From Rhodobacterales bacterium (GTDB lineage Bacteria > Pseudomonadota > Alphaproteobacteria > Rhodobacterales > Rhodobacteraceae): 64,000 nucleotides of DNA. Below are positions 17,196 to 26,830 of this stretch, piece by piece. The notes beneath the pieces were generated by a model that saw only the letters and a list, made by a program, of their open reading frames with translations, did not search any database and was not told the DNA's origin. The stretch lies in NCBI GenBank assembly GCA_038260405.1, contig JBBSNW010000004.1, forward strand, positions 32,133 to 96,132. The letters run 5' to 3'. The position numbers and the translations under genes are program-made. The stretch's first letter is position 1. Each line of letters begins with the position of its first letter.

Positions 17196-18065
17196 TCATT
17201 CAGGCGCTTTCCAGCGCAGCCAGTCGGATACGAGGTGATCCGGTTCTGCCATCTCGGCCGGAAGCGGACAAATCGCGCTCAGCCGGGTCGTGTCGAGCAC
17301 CAGACGCTGTGTGGCTCCGGCAGGCGCCTCGCGCCAGATGACCTGCCGTCCCGCAGCCCGGGCGATCATCTCCATCGGCGTGGAAACCGGTGCTCCGACA
17401 TTCACGACCGCAGGCAGGGACGCGACAGGCACCGCTGCAAGCCGCTCCAGAACATGCGCGAGATCCAGCGGCGCGATGTAACTGCGCTCCGGACCATTCC
17501 CATCTGGAAACCGGTCGAGATGCACATCATCCGCGCCAATCATCGCGCCGAACAGGCTTTCCGCCCCGGCGACGCTTCCGATCCGCAGGCAGGTCGCGAC
17601 AGGATCCTCCGAGCGACGATCCTTCGCAATAGCGCGCTCCATGTCCAGCTTGGCGCGACCATAAGGCGAAGGCGGGTCGGGCGGCATGTCTTCGCTCAGA
17701 GGATCCGGCCCCGGCGCATAGACCGTAGCGCTCGAACAGTGCAACACACGGTCCGCCCCGACAGCACGCCCGATCTCCATTGCTACAAGCGCCAGTGCGG
17801 TATTTTCGGCGAGGTCCGCACCCGGGGATGAAATAACCCCCCAGAGCGCGATCACGGCATCGGTGGAGGGCAGGCTTTCCATGGCGTCTCCGGGTGACCA
17901 GATCACCTGGCCGGGCAGCCCCATATCCGTGCGCACCACCGGGACAGGGCAGAGCGCGCTGGTCGCGTCCGCGGCCCAAACGGCACGCACGAGCCTTCCG
18001 ACCTTGCCGCTCGCCCCGAGGATCAGGACCCGCCTGCGCTGCTGCTCTCGCGCCACTTTTTCCAC
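17196..18065 (-). CDS. NAD-dependent epimerase/dehydratase (extended SDR) family protein
   Basis: It has a Rossmann motif (VLILGASGKVG) and the catalytic YxxxK (SPYGRAK). The track start at 18140 leaves only 20 nt to the divergent gene. In-frame GTG codons at 18065 and 18056 are more plausible, so the start is uncertain. Confidence 0.7.
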   Translation of the reverse strand: MEKVAREQQRRRVLILGASGKVGRLVRAVWAADATSALCPVPVVRTDMGLPGQVIWSPGDAMESLPSTDAVIALWGVISSPGADLAENTALALVAMEIGRAVGADRVLHCSSATVYAPGPDPLSEDMPPDPPSPYGRAKLDMERAIAKDRRSEDPVATCLRIGSVAGAESLFGAMIGADDVHLDRFPDGNGPERSYIAPLDLAHVLERLAAVPVASLPAVVNVGAPVSTPMEMIARAAGRQVIWREAPAGATQRLVLDTTRLSAICPLPAEMAEPDHLVSDWLRWKAPE

Positions 18066-18160
18066 CCATTGTCGCTGTGATGCATATTGTTGCTGTTTAT
18101 CAACGCGATCTGCGGCTAGAAAGGCCCACAATAAGAACATACTCCGTTAGGGGACGACAC

Positions 18161-19282
18161 GTGCGTAACTCTCTTCGTCTCATTGCCATTTTTGCGGCAA
18201 TATTGCTTGTTTCGGCCTGCGACCTGCCACGCGGTGCCGCTCTCCAATCCGAAGTGCTCAAGGAAGCGCGACAGGACAATCCGACCTTCCAGGTCGTGCC
18301 TGTGACCCGGGCCAACATGCCGGGGATCACATCCTGGCCGATGACCGGTCAGGAGCTGAATTTCAATTGGGTCGGCGCCTCGCAGGGTCTGGAATCATCG
18401 ACGATCCAGTCCGGTGATCTGCTCAACGTGACCATCTGGGACAGCCAGGAAAACTCCCTGCTCACCAGCGCGGCCGAAAAGGTGACGACGCTCAGCGATG
18501 TCGAAGTCGGGCCGAACGGGGCGATCTTCCTGCCTTACGTGGACGAGGTCTTCGTACAGGGTCTCACCCCGTCTTCGGCGCGGGCACGCATCCAGTCGCA
18601 ACTCGAAACGATCGTCCCCTCCGCACAGGTGCAGGTCAGCCTGAAACCCGGCCTTGGCAATTCCGTCGATCTCGTCGGGGGGGTGGCGCGGCCGGACAAC
18701 TATCCGATGCTGTCGCGCAACTACAAGATCCTCACGCTTCTGGCGACCGGGGGCGGCATTTCCCCGACATTGCGCAACCCGGTGGTCAAGCTGCTCCGGG
18801 GCAATTCGACCTACCTCATCACTGCCAAGGATCTCTATTCCAGCGGAAGCCGCAACACGACGCTGCGCGCCCGCGATACCGTCGTCATCGAAGAAGACGA
18901 GCGCAGCTTTACCGCCCTCGGGGCGTCGGGGACGGAAAGCCTTATCTTCTTCCCCAAGCAAGAGATTACCGCTCTGGAGGCCATGTCCCTGATGGGCGGG
19001 CTCCAGGACACCCGTGCCGACCCAAAGGGGGTGATGGTGTTGCGTGAATATTCTTCGCGCCAGGTGCGTTACGACAATACCGGCCCCGGGCGGCAGCAGG
19101 TGATCTTCACCTTCGATCTAACCTCGGCGGACGGCCTGTTCGCGGCCCGCAAGTTCAGGATCAATCCGCAGGACACCGTGCTCGCCACCGAATCTCCGCT
19201 GACCCGCACGCAGACCGTCTTCACCCTAATCGGCAGCGTGTTCGGCCTGACAGGTCAGGCGCGGACACTTTCGGCGAACTGA
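18161..19282 (+). CDS. Polysaccharide export outer-membrane lipoprotein (Wza-like)
   Basis: The ORF-track call 17894..19282 was trimmed to the GTG at 18161, giving (V/M)RNSLRLIAIFAAILLVSAC with a lipobox VSAC. It then has the GDLLNVTIWD-type Poly_export motif and SLBB-like repeats. Confidence 0.8.
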   Translation: MRNSLRLIAIFAAILLVSACDLPRGAALQSEVLKEARQDNPTFQVVPVTRANMPGITSWPMTGQELNFNWVGASQGLESSTIQSGDLLNVTIWDSQENSLLTSAAEKVTTLSDVEVGPNGAIFLPYVDEVFVQGLTPSSARARIQSQLETIVPSAQVQVSLKPGLGNSVDLVGGVARPDNYPMLSRNYKILTLLATGGGISPTLRNPVVKLLRGNSTYLITAKDLYSSGSRNTTLRARDTVVIEEDERSFTALGASGTESLIFFPKQEITALEAMSLMGGLQDTRADPKGVMVLREYSSRQVRYDNTGPGRQQVIFTFDLTSADGLFAARKFRINPQDTVLATESPLTRTQTVFTLIGSVFGLTGQARTLSAN

Positions 19283-19312
19283 GACCGTCGGGCAAAGTGA
19301 CGTCCTCAAACG

Positions 19313-19341
19313 AAAAGGCGCGCCGCACTGGCGCGCCTTTT
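19313..19341. terminator. Bidirectional intrinsic terminator between the convergent export gene and cycA
   Basis: The sequence AAAAGGCGCGCC-gcact-GGCGCGCCTTTT forms a perfect 8-bp GC stem (12 bp with the A/T flanks), with an A-run on one side and a T-run on the other. Confidence 0.8.
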
Positions 19342-19378
19342 GAGTTCTCGACCTGTCGAATATCCGACAGGGATCGAC

Positions 19379-19813
19379 CTACATCTGCGGGCCGACCGAT
19401 ACGAGGTAGGCGTAGACATCTTCCATGCCCTTGCGCAGCTTGAACGCCATCTTCGAGCGCGCCGATTTGTCGTCGAGCTTTTCCTCGAGGAAAGCTGTCG
19501 GATCCTGCACATAGGAAACAAAGGATTCCTCGTCCCAGGTCATGCCAGTCTCGCCCAAGGCAGCGATCGAGTCGCCGTACTTGAAGTCTTGGATGCTGGC
19601 GACCTGACGACCGATCACGCCATAGAGGTTCGGACCGATCTTGCCGCCCTTGACGACATCCGTGCCATCCTCTGCCGTGATCGAATGGCAGGCCTTGCAC
19701 TTGTTGAACTCTTTCGCCCCTGCTTCCGCATCGCCACTGCCAGTATGGCTGGCCGCGAAGGCGGACGTGGCCATGCTGGCCACAAGAAAGGTCGTCGTGA
19801 ACATGAACTTCAT
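19379..19813 (-). CDS. cycA: Cytochrome c2 (soluble electron donor to the reaction centre)
   Basis: 144 aa with a signal peptide and a single CKACH heme-binding motif. The GPNLYGVIGR and KMAFKL (Met ligand) regions are typical of class I c2. Confidence 0.9.
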   Translation of the reverse strand: MKFMFTTTFLVASMATSAFAASHTGSGDAEAGAKEFNKCKACHSITAEDGTDVVKGGKIGPNLYGVIGRQVASIQDFKYGDSIAALGETGMTWDEESFVSYVQDPTAFLEEKLDDKSARSKMAFKLRKGMEDVYAYLVSVGPQM

Positions 19814-19890
19814 GGTGAGTCTCCCATCAACACCGGAACTTCAGTAGGACTGCGCCGCAACCGCCGAGTCAACGACTATTCGCATGCAAT

Positions 19891-21105
19891 TCAGGCGACT
19901 GCATGCGCGATGGCACAGCGTTTCCAAAGCGTTGCCAAGGCCTGCACGAGATGCTCGATATCCTGATCGCTGTGCAGCGGCCCGGGCGTGAAGCGCAGAC
20001 GCTCCGTGCCCTTCGGAACGGTCGGATAGTTGATCGGCTGCACGTAGATGCCGAAATCCTGCATGAGGATATCCGCAAGCTGGCGGCATTTCACCGGGTC
20101 CTTGATCATCACCGGAATGATGTGGCTGTCATTCTGCAGATGGGGAATGCCGAGGTGATCGAGCCGCTTGCGCAGCTTCGCCACCTGTGCACGCTGCCGC
20201 ATCCGTTCGGACTGGCTTTCCTTCAGATGCGCGATGCTGACACGCGCTGCTGCGGCGACGGCCGGCGGCAGGGCCGTGGTAAAGATGAAGCCGCTCGAGA
20301 ACGAGCGGATGAAATCACATAGCGCGTCGGATCCCGAGACATAGCCGCCGACGACGCCGTAAGCCTTGCCCAGAGTGCCCTCGATTAGCGTGATCCGGCC
20401 GGCAAGGCCTTCCTGCTCGGAAATACCGCCCCCCCGCGGACCATAAAGGCCGACGGCATGCACCTCGTCGAGATAGGTCATCGCGCCGTGCTTTTCGGCA
20501 ACCTCGACGATCTCCTTCATCGGACAGATGTCGCCATCCATCGAATAGACCGACTCGAAGGCGACGATCTTTGTCTTGTTCGCAGGCAGGGCCGACAGCT
20601 TGCGGTCCAGATCCTCGGGATCGTTGTGGCGCCAGATCACCTTCTGCGCGCGGGAATGGCGGATGCCCTCGATCATGCTGGCATGGTTCAGCTCGTCCGA
20701 CAGGATCACCGCATCAGGCAGGCGGCTGCCCAGCGTCGACAGGGTCGCCCAGTTCGAGACATAGCCCGAGGTGAACAGCAGCGCGTCTTCCTTGCCGTGC
20801 AGATCGGCGATCTCACGCTCCAGCAGCAGATGCTGGTGGTTGGTGCCCGAAATGTTGCGTGTCCCCCCCGCGCCGCAGCCGCAGCTGTCGACCGCATCCT
20901 TCATCGCCTTGATGACCTTCGGATTCTGGCCCATGCCCAGATAATCGTTCGAACACCACACGGTGACCTCGTCGGGCGCATCGGCATCATGGCTGATCGC
21001 CCGGGGGAATTCCCCGCTTTTGCGCTCGAGCTCGGCGAATATGCGATAGTTGCCTTCTTCCTTGAGGGCATCGAGCTGCGCATTGAAAAGGGTATCAAAG
21101 TCCAT
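19891..21105 (-). CDS. hemA: 5-aminolevulinate synthase
   Basis: The ORF-track call was trimmed to the ATG at 21105 ([29 protein letters not shown]...). 404 aa with the PLP-lysine region [15 protein letters not shown]. It overlaps the puhE 3' end by 11 nt. Confidence 0.93.
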   Translation of the reverse strand: MDFDTLFNAQLDALKEEGNYRIFAELERKSGEFPRAISHDADAPDEVTVWCSNDYLGMGQNPKVIKAMKDAVDSCGCGAGGTRNISGTNHQHLLLEREIADLHGKEDALLFTSGYVSNWATLSTLGSRLPDAVILSDELNHASMIEGIRHSRAQKVIWRHNDPEDLDRKLSALPANKTKIVAFESVYSMDGDICPMKEIVEVAEKHGAMTYLDEVHAVGLYGPRGGGISEQEGLAGRITLIEGTLGKAYGVVGGYVSGSDALCDFIRSFSSGFIFTTALPPAVAAAARVSIAHLKESQSERMRQRAQVAKLRKRLDHLGIPHLQNDSHIIPVMIKDPVKCRQLADILMQDFGIYVQPINYPTVPKGTERLRFTPGPLHSDQDIEHLVQALATLWKRCAIAHAVA

Positions 21106-21940
21106 GGGCGTCCTCCGGTCTTCTTTCTTGATTTGTCTGTTTGGGCGCGGGCAACATCCAGCGCCAGAGTTTCTCGTCCGGCAAGGGCAGGACCATGAAC
21201 CAGTGTTCGAGCAGGGCCAGTGCCGTGAAGGCAGACAGCAGCGAGAAGCCGATGATGTCCGCGGTGTTGCTGGCGGAATAGATCCGCTCCAGCCAGCAGG
21301 CCACGGCAAAGGAAAGCGCCGTGATCGAAAGCGGGAACAGCCAGTTGAGCCGGGCATTGCGGAAATGGCTCGGCAGGTGCGACAAGGCCGAGGGCAGGAA
21401 TTCCGTGTTGATCTTGGGCACGCCCAGGAACAGGTTCAACTTGGCCGAGATGCGGGCAAAGAACAGCACCGCAAAGGTCCAGAAGGCAAAGATGTTGTGG
21501 CTTTCCCGGGCAAAGAACCACAACCCGATCAGCGCCGCGACAAGCGCCATCTCGTGATAGGCGATGGTGCCCCAGGCGCGGATGAAGCGTTCCCATTCCG
21601 GCACGTTCTCGGGGCATTTCAGCCGGTTGGGCCCGGTCACGGTGCCGGTCAGAAAGGCCATCTCGATCCAGCCCCAGATCGCCAGCGCCGACAGAAAGCT
21701 GATATAGATCGTGTTCGCACCATGTTCGATCTCGCCGGTCTCGGCACTCAGAACGGGCGTGCTTTCGTAGAGGATGCCGGCCACACCCGCGGCAAGCAAC
21801 GGCAGAGCGCAGAGCGTCGCGAGATGCCCCGCCCGTGGACCGCGGCGGTCCGCATAACGCACGGCCATCAGGATCGCTCCGGTGGAAAACCACCAGATGA
21901 AAAGCGCAAAAAGAGCGGCGATCCATGGGTCATTCAGCAC
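21095..21940 (-). CDS. puhE: Putative photosynthetic complex assembly protein PuhE
   Basis: 281 aa, polytopic and Trp-rich ([26 protein letters not shown]...). It occupies the position between acsF and hemA seen in roseobacter-type clusters. GTG start with GAGGA 9 nt upstream. Confidence 0.85.
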   Translation of the reverse strand: MLNDPWIAALFALFIWWFSTGAILMAVRYADRRGPRAGHLATLCALPLLAAGVAGILYESTPVLSAETGEIEHGANTIYISFLSALAIWGWIEMAFLTGTVTGPNRLKCPENVPEWERFIRAWGTIAYHEMALVAALIGLWFFARESHNIFAFWTFAVLFFARISAKLNLFLGVPKINTEFLPSALSHLPSHFRNARLNWLFPLSITALSFAVACWLERIYSASNTADIIGFSLLSAFTALALLEHWFMVLPLPDEKLWRWMLPAPKQTNQERRPEDAHGL

Positions 21941-21960
21941 GGGCCTGTCCTCTTCTCTGG

Positions 21961-22010
21961 GTCAGAAATATCCCGGGGGGTGTGGGGGGCTGGCCCCCCA
22001 CGGCGATCAC
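21961..22010 (-). repeat. GC-hairpin intergenic repeat, copy a (acsF|puhE spacer)
   Basis: Reverse complement: GTGATCGCCGTGGGGGGCCAGCCCCCCACACCCCCCGGGATATTTCTGAC. It aligns with copies d and e (see findings). Confidence 0.85.
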
Positions 22011-22011
22011 G

Positions 22012-23136
22012 TCAGTAAGCCGGCTCGAGGCGGGTGCTTTCGGGCACACGGTGCTTCAGCGCCGGAATGGTATAGAGCGACACGAAGCAGAGCGCCGCCT
22101 TGGCCGATCCGGTCAGTTCCCGGACCTTGCCGCCGAAACCGCCCTGCTCCTTGCCCTCGGCAATCTGCAGGTTGGCCTTCTGCAGGCGCTCCAGGGTGGG
22201 CTGCCAGCGCGGATGTTCGATGTCGAGCGTGATCGGGAAGATCTGCTCGGTCATCTTCGATGTCTTGGTATAGACCTCGTGCGCATACCAGTCCGGATCG
22301 ACGCCCAGCGCTTCATGGAATTTGGGACGCTGGTGGTCGCGCACGTACATCGTGGCGAAAACGGCGGTGAGGAAGAATTTGATCCAGTAGACGTTCTTGC
22401 CGCTTGTCAGCTTGGGATCGGTCTTCATCAGCAGGGCGAAAGCCTCGCCGTGGCGGAACTCGTCGCCGCACCATTCCTCGAACCACTTGAAGATCGGGTG
22501 AAAGCGGTGCTCGGGATGCGCCTGCAGGTGACGGAAGATCGTGATGTATCGGGCATAGCCGATCTTTTCCGACAGGTAGGTCGCGTAGTAGATGAATTTC
22601 GGCCGGAAGTAGGTGTACTTCTTCTTCTGCGTGAGAAAGCCGAGATTGACCGCCACGCCCGCCTCGCGGAGCGCATCGTTGATGAAACCGGCATGCCGCG
22701 CCTCGTCCCGCGCCATCAGCTGGAACAGCTGGGTGATGTCCTTGTTGTTCCCGCGGCGCTTCATTTCCTTGTAGAGCACGCAGCCCGAGAATTCGGCGGT
22801 ACACGAGCTGATCAGAAAGTCGATGAATTCCTTCTTCAGCGCGGGCTCCATCCCGTCCCAGTCGACGTGATCCCAGTCCTCGTTCTTCTTGAAGTGACCT
22901 TTGTTCGGGTCGGCTTCCATCGCGGCGATCAGCTCGTCCCAGTCCCGGCGGACGGGAGAGACGTCGATCGCGTCCATCTCGTCGAAATCGGTGGTGTAAA
23001 AGCGCGGCGTGAGCAGCGTGTTCTGCATCGCAAGGGCGGTGGCATCGTCGCTGTCGAACTTGGACTGCGCCTGCTGGACGGCGAGGCTTTCCTCGGCATT
23101 GGTGATGTCGGCGGTGTGCTTGGCTTGCATGTTCAT
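22012..23136 (-). CDS. acsF: Aerobic Mg-protoporphyrin IX monomethyl ester oxidative cyclase
   Basis: Trimmed to the ATG at 23136 (MNMQAKHTADI...). It has di-iron carboxylate motifs (CTAEFSGCVLY, ARDEARHAGF, GDEFRHGEAF). Its start overlaps the stop of the upstream orf98 (ATGA). Confidence 0.95.
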   Translation of the reverse strand: MNMQAKHTADITNAEESLAVQQAQSKFDSDDATALAMQNTLLTPRFYTTDFDEMDAIDVSPVRRDWDELIAAMEADPNKGHFKKNEDWDHVDWDGMEPALKKEFIDFLISSCTAEFSGCVLYKEMKRRGNNKDITQLFQLMARDEARHAGFINDALREAGVAVNLGFLTQKKKYTYFRPKFIYYATYLSEKIGYARYITIFRHLQAHPEHRFHPIFKWFEEWCGDEFRHGEAFALLMKTDPKLTSGKNVYWIKFFLTAVFATMYVRDHQRPKFHEALGVDPDWYAHEVYTKTSKMTEQIFPITLDIEHPRWQPTLERLQKANLQIAEGKEQGGFGGKVRELTGSAKAALCFVSLYTIPALKHRVPESTRLEPAY

Positions 23137-23429
23137 AGCTTGACCTCCTCGGAGAAGGAAAATTCGCACAGCTCCATGACTTCGAAATCGCCCGTCAGGC
23201 GGGTCCAGAGCCGTTCCAGCTTGGAGGCGCGGAAGATCGTCGCCTCGCGGTCCTCGGTCACGATCTCACCGAAGGGGGCCATGATCTCGGGTCCGTGGAC
23301 CTTGACCTCGTCTCCGGGGTGAATGACCGCACCGTTGTTGAAACGGACATGCGCGTGCAGGCTTTCGAACTTGTGGCTGATCTCGACGGTGCAGGGCGCC
23401 CTCTCGATATCCTTTGTCAGTAGTCCCAT
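23133..23429 (-). CDS. Conserved-looking hypothetical 98-aa protein between puhC and acsF
   Basis: Trimmed to the ATG at 23429 (MGLLTKDIERAPCTVEISHKFESLHAHVRFNNGAVIHPGDEVKVHGPEIM...). High GC3, no TM segment, and ATGA coupling to acsF. Confidence 0.7.
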   Translation of the reverse strand: MGLLTKDIERAPCTVEISHKFESLHAHVRFNNGAVIHPGDEVKVHGPEIMAPFGEIVTEDREATIFRASKLERLWTRLTGDFEVMELCEFSFSEEVKL

Positions 23430-23449
23430 ATTTCCGGTTCCCTTTTGCT

Positions 23450-23914
23450 TTACTTCAGCAGACTGGCGAAGACTGCTGAATTGTCCGCGCCGAACCCCAT
23501 CAGGTCGGCGCCCCATCCGGTGCTGGGATCAAAGATCGCCAGACGCCCGTTTTCGGCACGCACGACGCGCACCGGTCCGTCCAGGGCCACCCGGGCCTTG
23601 GTTCTTTCACGGTCGAGCACCCGGGCGACACCCGAGACGAAACCGCCTTTTTCAGCTGAGAATTCCTTGATCAGGCTGCCATTCGCATCGAGCACGCGGG
23701 CCGAGCCGTCGAGCTTGCCGTGCAGGTACATCATCCGTTCGATCTGGACCGGCGATTCAGGTGGCGCCGACACGACCGGGCGACCGACCCAGACGTTGAT
23801 GCTGACCATCATCAGGCAAAGCGCGACGAGGCTGAACATCATGCGCACCAGCACGACCGGCACCAGATCCTTTTCCGGGGCGTGGATGCGGGGACGAATG
23901 TGAGCGGTTGTCAT
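23450..23914 (-). CDS. puhC: Photosynthetic complex assembly protein PuhC
   Basis: Trimmed to the ATG at 23914 (MTTAHIRPRIHAPEKDLVPVVLVRMMFSLVALCLMMVSI...). It has a single N-terminal TM helix and a periplasmic domain, and sits after puhB. Confidence 0.8.
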   Translation of the reverse strand: MTTAHIRPRIHAPEKDLVPVVLVRMMFSLVALCLMMVSINVWVGRPVVSAPPESPVQIERMMYLHGKLDGSARVLDANGSLIKEFSAEKGGFVSGVARVLDRERTKARVALDGPVRVVRAENGRLAIFDPSTGWGADLMGFGADNSAVFASLLK

Positions 23915-23924
23915 CTTGCAACTC

Positions 23925-24560
23925 CTATTCTGCGGCGATCGCGGCAAGCTGCGGTTCGCGGCGCGCGATCTGCGGCGTGGTCACGCGGGCCTGTGCTGCG
24001 TCGGCGATCATCTCGGCGACCTTTGCCGCTTCGGGGATGCAGCGCAGGGCGGGCTGGGTGCGCTTCATGTACCAGGGGCGGACATGCGGCCAGCAGACGA
24101 GATAGCTGAGCCGTGTTTCCCCCAGCAGCGACAGCGCGATGGTGCCGGTGCCGTTCTTGCGCAGCGCCAGATCGGCCGAACCGAGCTGTGTGTAGGGCAG
24201 ATTCAGCGTCACCGTCAGCGCCGCGCCGATGCGCATCGCGATGCGGCGGTTGGTGACGGTGTAGACGGTGGCACGGGCCTGCACGACGCCGACGATCATC
24301 AGCATGGCGATCACCACGCCGCCCATGATGAGGAAGGGAAACGCCGCGCCCAGCGCCTGACCGAAGGGCATCAGATCCGACACCGCGACAAAGCGCCAGA
24401 CCGCGAGCAGGACGAAATATCCGGCCACCCATTTCAGATTGAGGGAGTCGAGGCTCAGAGCCAGCCAGTCAGGGCGCCCCTGCCACAGGATCTTTTCGCC
24501 CTCGGGCGGGGCTTCCGGCAGACCGAGCACCGGCTCGGAGGCGAAATCATCATGCGACAT
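23925..24560 (-). CDS. puhB: Photosynthetic complex assembly protein PuhB
   Basis: 211 aa with ILWQGRPDWLALSLDSLNLKWVAGYFVLLAVW and TM helices followed by a bacterial-PH-like region. It lies immediately downstream of puhA. Confidence 0.85.
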   Translation of the reverse strand: MSHDDFASEPVLGLPEAPPEGEKILWQGRPDWLALSLDSLNLKWVAGYFVLLAVWRFVAVSDLMPFGQALGAAFPFLIMGGVVIAMLMIVGVVQARATVYTVTNRRIAMRIGAALTVTLNLPYTQLGSADLALRKNGTGTIALSLLGETRLSYLVCWPHVRPWYMKRTQPALRCIPEAAKVAEMIADAAQARVTTPQIARREPQLAAIAAE

Positions 24561-24589
24561 GGGGTACCTTCCTTTCGCTTGCGTTCGGA

Positions 24590-25363
24590 TCAGAGCTGCG
24601 GTTCGAGCCGGTCAGTGCTGGCATAGAGATACCCGCCACCATAATAGCCGCTGATCTTGTCTTCTTCGAGCTTGGTCACCTGCGACGGAGCCGCGATCGT
24701 CGGTACCCCTGCGAAATGTTCGCCGAAGATCGACTTGATGTCGACACTGTTCGAACGGATCCGGGCCATCGTCATCGGCACGAGCCGTGTGCCCGTCCCG
24801 AAAGCGCCGTCGAGACCGATCTCGAGGTAGCGGACAAGCTGTTCCGGCTCGTCGATCCACATGTCGGTGATGCGCCCGACGATGGCGCCGTCCCCGGCAC
24901 GTACCGGCAGGCCGCGCGGGTCACGACCGGCCGCGACGTGGAAATGCTCGGTCGCCGACATCGGCACGATCTTCGGGTGTCCCTTGCCGTCGAGCTCGGG
25001 CTCGTCGCGGCGTGTCGCCCAGGATGCGGGACCGACACCATCGGCCAGCGGGTTGCCCGTGGGATCGAAGGGGAAGCCGCCGCTGTCATGAGTGCGGGCC
25101 AGTGCCAGGGTGGTCCGGTCGGGCTGCTGGCCCGAGGGAACGGTCAGCACGCCGCGGCCATGCGGCAGCGTGAAGGTCTTGTCCGCAGGCAGCGGGAAGA
25201 CACCGCCCGCATCCGCCTGCGTGCCATCCTCGTCCATGAGCGGATAGCCTTCGCGCATGTTCTCGCGCTGGAGCCACACGACGAGGGCGACGAAAAAGAT
25301 GAAAAACAGCCAGAGGGAAATGCTGGCAAGGTCGACATTCCCAAAAATATAACCATCGGCCAT
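24590..25363 (-). CDS. puhA: Photosynthetic reaction centre H subunit
   Basis: 257 aa with one N-terminal TM helix (LASISLWLFFIFFVALVVW), then LQRENMREGYPL and a PRC-barrel-like C-domain. Confidence 0.95.
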   Translation of the reverse strand: MADGYIFGNVDLASISLWLFFIFFVALVVWLQRENMREGYPLMDEDGTQADAGGVFPLPADKTFTLPHGRGVLTVPSGQQPDRTTLALARTHDSGGFPFDPTGNPLADGVGPASWATRRDEPELDGKGHPKIVPMSATEHFHVAAGRDPRGLPVRAGDGAIVGRITDMWIDEPEQLVRYLEIGLDGAFGTGTRLVPMTMARIRSNSVDIKSIFGEHFAGVPTIAAPSQVTKLEEDKISGYYGGGYLYASTDRLEPQL

Positions 25364-25390
25364 AAGATGTGTCCTCCTCGGGGGTACGTG

Positions 25391-26830
25391 TCAGGTTGGG
25401 AAATCGGCAAGGCCAAGCCCTGTCGGTTTCTGCTGCGGTTGATAGGTTCTGCGACTGCTGCTCACGAGCGGGCCAAGGACCGCGAGCGTGATGAACAGAA
25501 GCGCGATCTCACTGTGATAGACGACCGAATATCCGGTCGCGGGGTTGTTCATGCCGGCACCCCAGGCGCCGGTCGTCACGATCTGGTTCACACCGTCCCG
25601 CACGCCGCCGCCGATCAGGGTCGATACCCCGGCCGCCGTTGCCTGCGCGGCACCCCAGGCGCCCAGCGCGAGGCCGCGCCCGGCAAGTCCCTCGACCGGC
25701 AGGGTCATCGCCGCGGTAAGGGTCGAGACGGCGAAATATCCGCTTCCAAAGCCGATCATGCAGGCCCCTGCAAAGAAGATCGCAGGAGAATTCATCGGCG
25801 CCGCAAATATCACGGTCGAAAAGGCCACGACCCCGGCCAGCAGGCCCGTGGCCGCCATGCGGTAGGTGTTCGCGCCGCGCAGCAGCATCCGCCCGGCAAG
25901 CCCGAAGCCGATCAATGCCCCGACCGACCAGGTCGCCGTCAGCAGCGTCGTGGCCGAAACCGACAGGCCGAGGATCTCGCCACCATAGGGCTCGAGCAGA
26001 ACGTCCTGCATGTTGAAGGCCATCGTCCCGAGAAACACCACTGCCAGCAGACGGCCCGCGCTGCCCCCGGCCATGAAATCACCCCAGGCATCGCTGAACG
26101 AGGGTTGCGGCGCCTCGCGCTCTTCCTTGGACATCGCCCGGACGCGTTCCTGCTTCCACAGGGCGACCACGTTCAGCACCACCGTCACGACCGCGGTCCC
26201 CTGGATGACCTTGATCAGCAGCAGCGGGGTAAAGTCGCGCAGCAGCCAGCCGATGACGATCGCCGAAACACCCATGCCAATCAGGTACATCACGTAAAGC
26301 AGCGCCACCACGCGCGGCCGCGTCTCGTCCGTCGCGCGGTCCGCGGCGAGGGCGAGCCCGGCGGTCTGCGTCATGTGCATGCCGAACCCGGTCATGATGA
26401 AGGCCAGGCCCGCCAGAACCTCGCCGGCAAAGGGCACCTCGTGGGTCACGTCCCCGCCCAGCACCAGCAGGCAGGAGGGCATGATGGCAAGCCCGCCGAA
26501 CTGCCAGAGCGTGCCGAACCAGAGATAGGGGATCCGCTTCCAGCCAAGCGCCGAGCGGTAATTGTCCGACTTGAACCCCAGCAGCGCCCGGAACGGCGCG
26601 AGCAGCACGGGCAGCGCCACCATCACCGCCACCAGCAGCGCCGAGACCGAAAGCTCGACGATCATCACGCGGTTCAGCGTTCCCAGCAGCATCACCCCGG
26701 CCATGCCGACCGACACCTGGAACAGCGCGAGCCGCAGAAGCTGGCTCAGCGGCAGGCCTTCGCTCGCCGCATCCGCAAAGGGCAACACACGAATTGTAAG
26801 GGAACGAAGTGCCGAGGCCCGGAAGATCAT
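25391..26830 (-). CDS. lhaA: LH1 assembly protein LhaA (PucC/BCD-family MFS)
   Basis: Trimmed from 27301 to the ATG at 26830, which overlaps the bchM stop (ATGA). 479 aa with about 12 TM segments, including LLRLALFQVSVGMAGVMLLGTLNRVMIVEL typical of the PucC family. Confidence 0.85.
   Translation of the reverse strand: MIFRASALRSLTIRVLPFADAASEGLPLSQLLRLALFQVSVGMAGVMLLGTLNRVMIVELSVSALLVAVMVALPVLLAPFRALLGFKSDNYRSALGWKRIPYLWFGTLWQFGGLAIMPSCLLVLGGDVTHEVPFAGEVLAGLAFIMTGFGMHMTQTAGLALAADRATDETRPRVVALLYVMYLIGMGVSAIVIGWLLRDFTPLLLIKVIQGTAVVTVVLNVVALWKQERVRAMSKEEREAPQPSFSDAWGDFMAGGSAGRLLAVVFLGTMAFNMQDVLLEPYGGEILGLSVSATTLLTATWSVGALIGFGLAGRMLLRGANTYRMAATGLLAGVVAFSTVIFAAPMNSPAIFFAGACMIGFGSGYFAVSTLTAAMTLPVEGLAGRGLALGAWGAAQATAAGVSTLIGGGVRDGVNQIVTTGAWGAGMNNPATGYSVVYHSEIALLFITLAVLGPLVSSSRRTYQPQQKPTGLGLADFPT

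Noticed and set aside
21118-21140. ATCAA half of an FNR/FnrL box (TTGAT-N4-ATCAA) upstream of hemA
   Set aside because: In mRNA sense the sequence reads AACAG-ACAA-ATCAA. The left half matches TTGAT at only 2 of 5 positions, and the site lies inside puhE coding sequence, so the support is insufficient.
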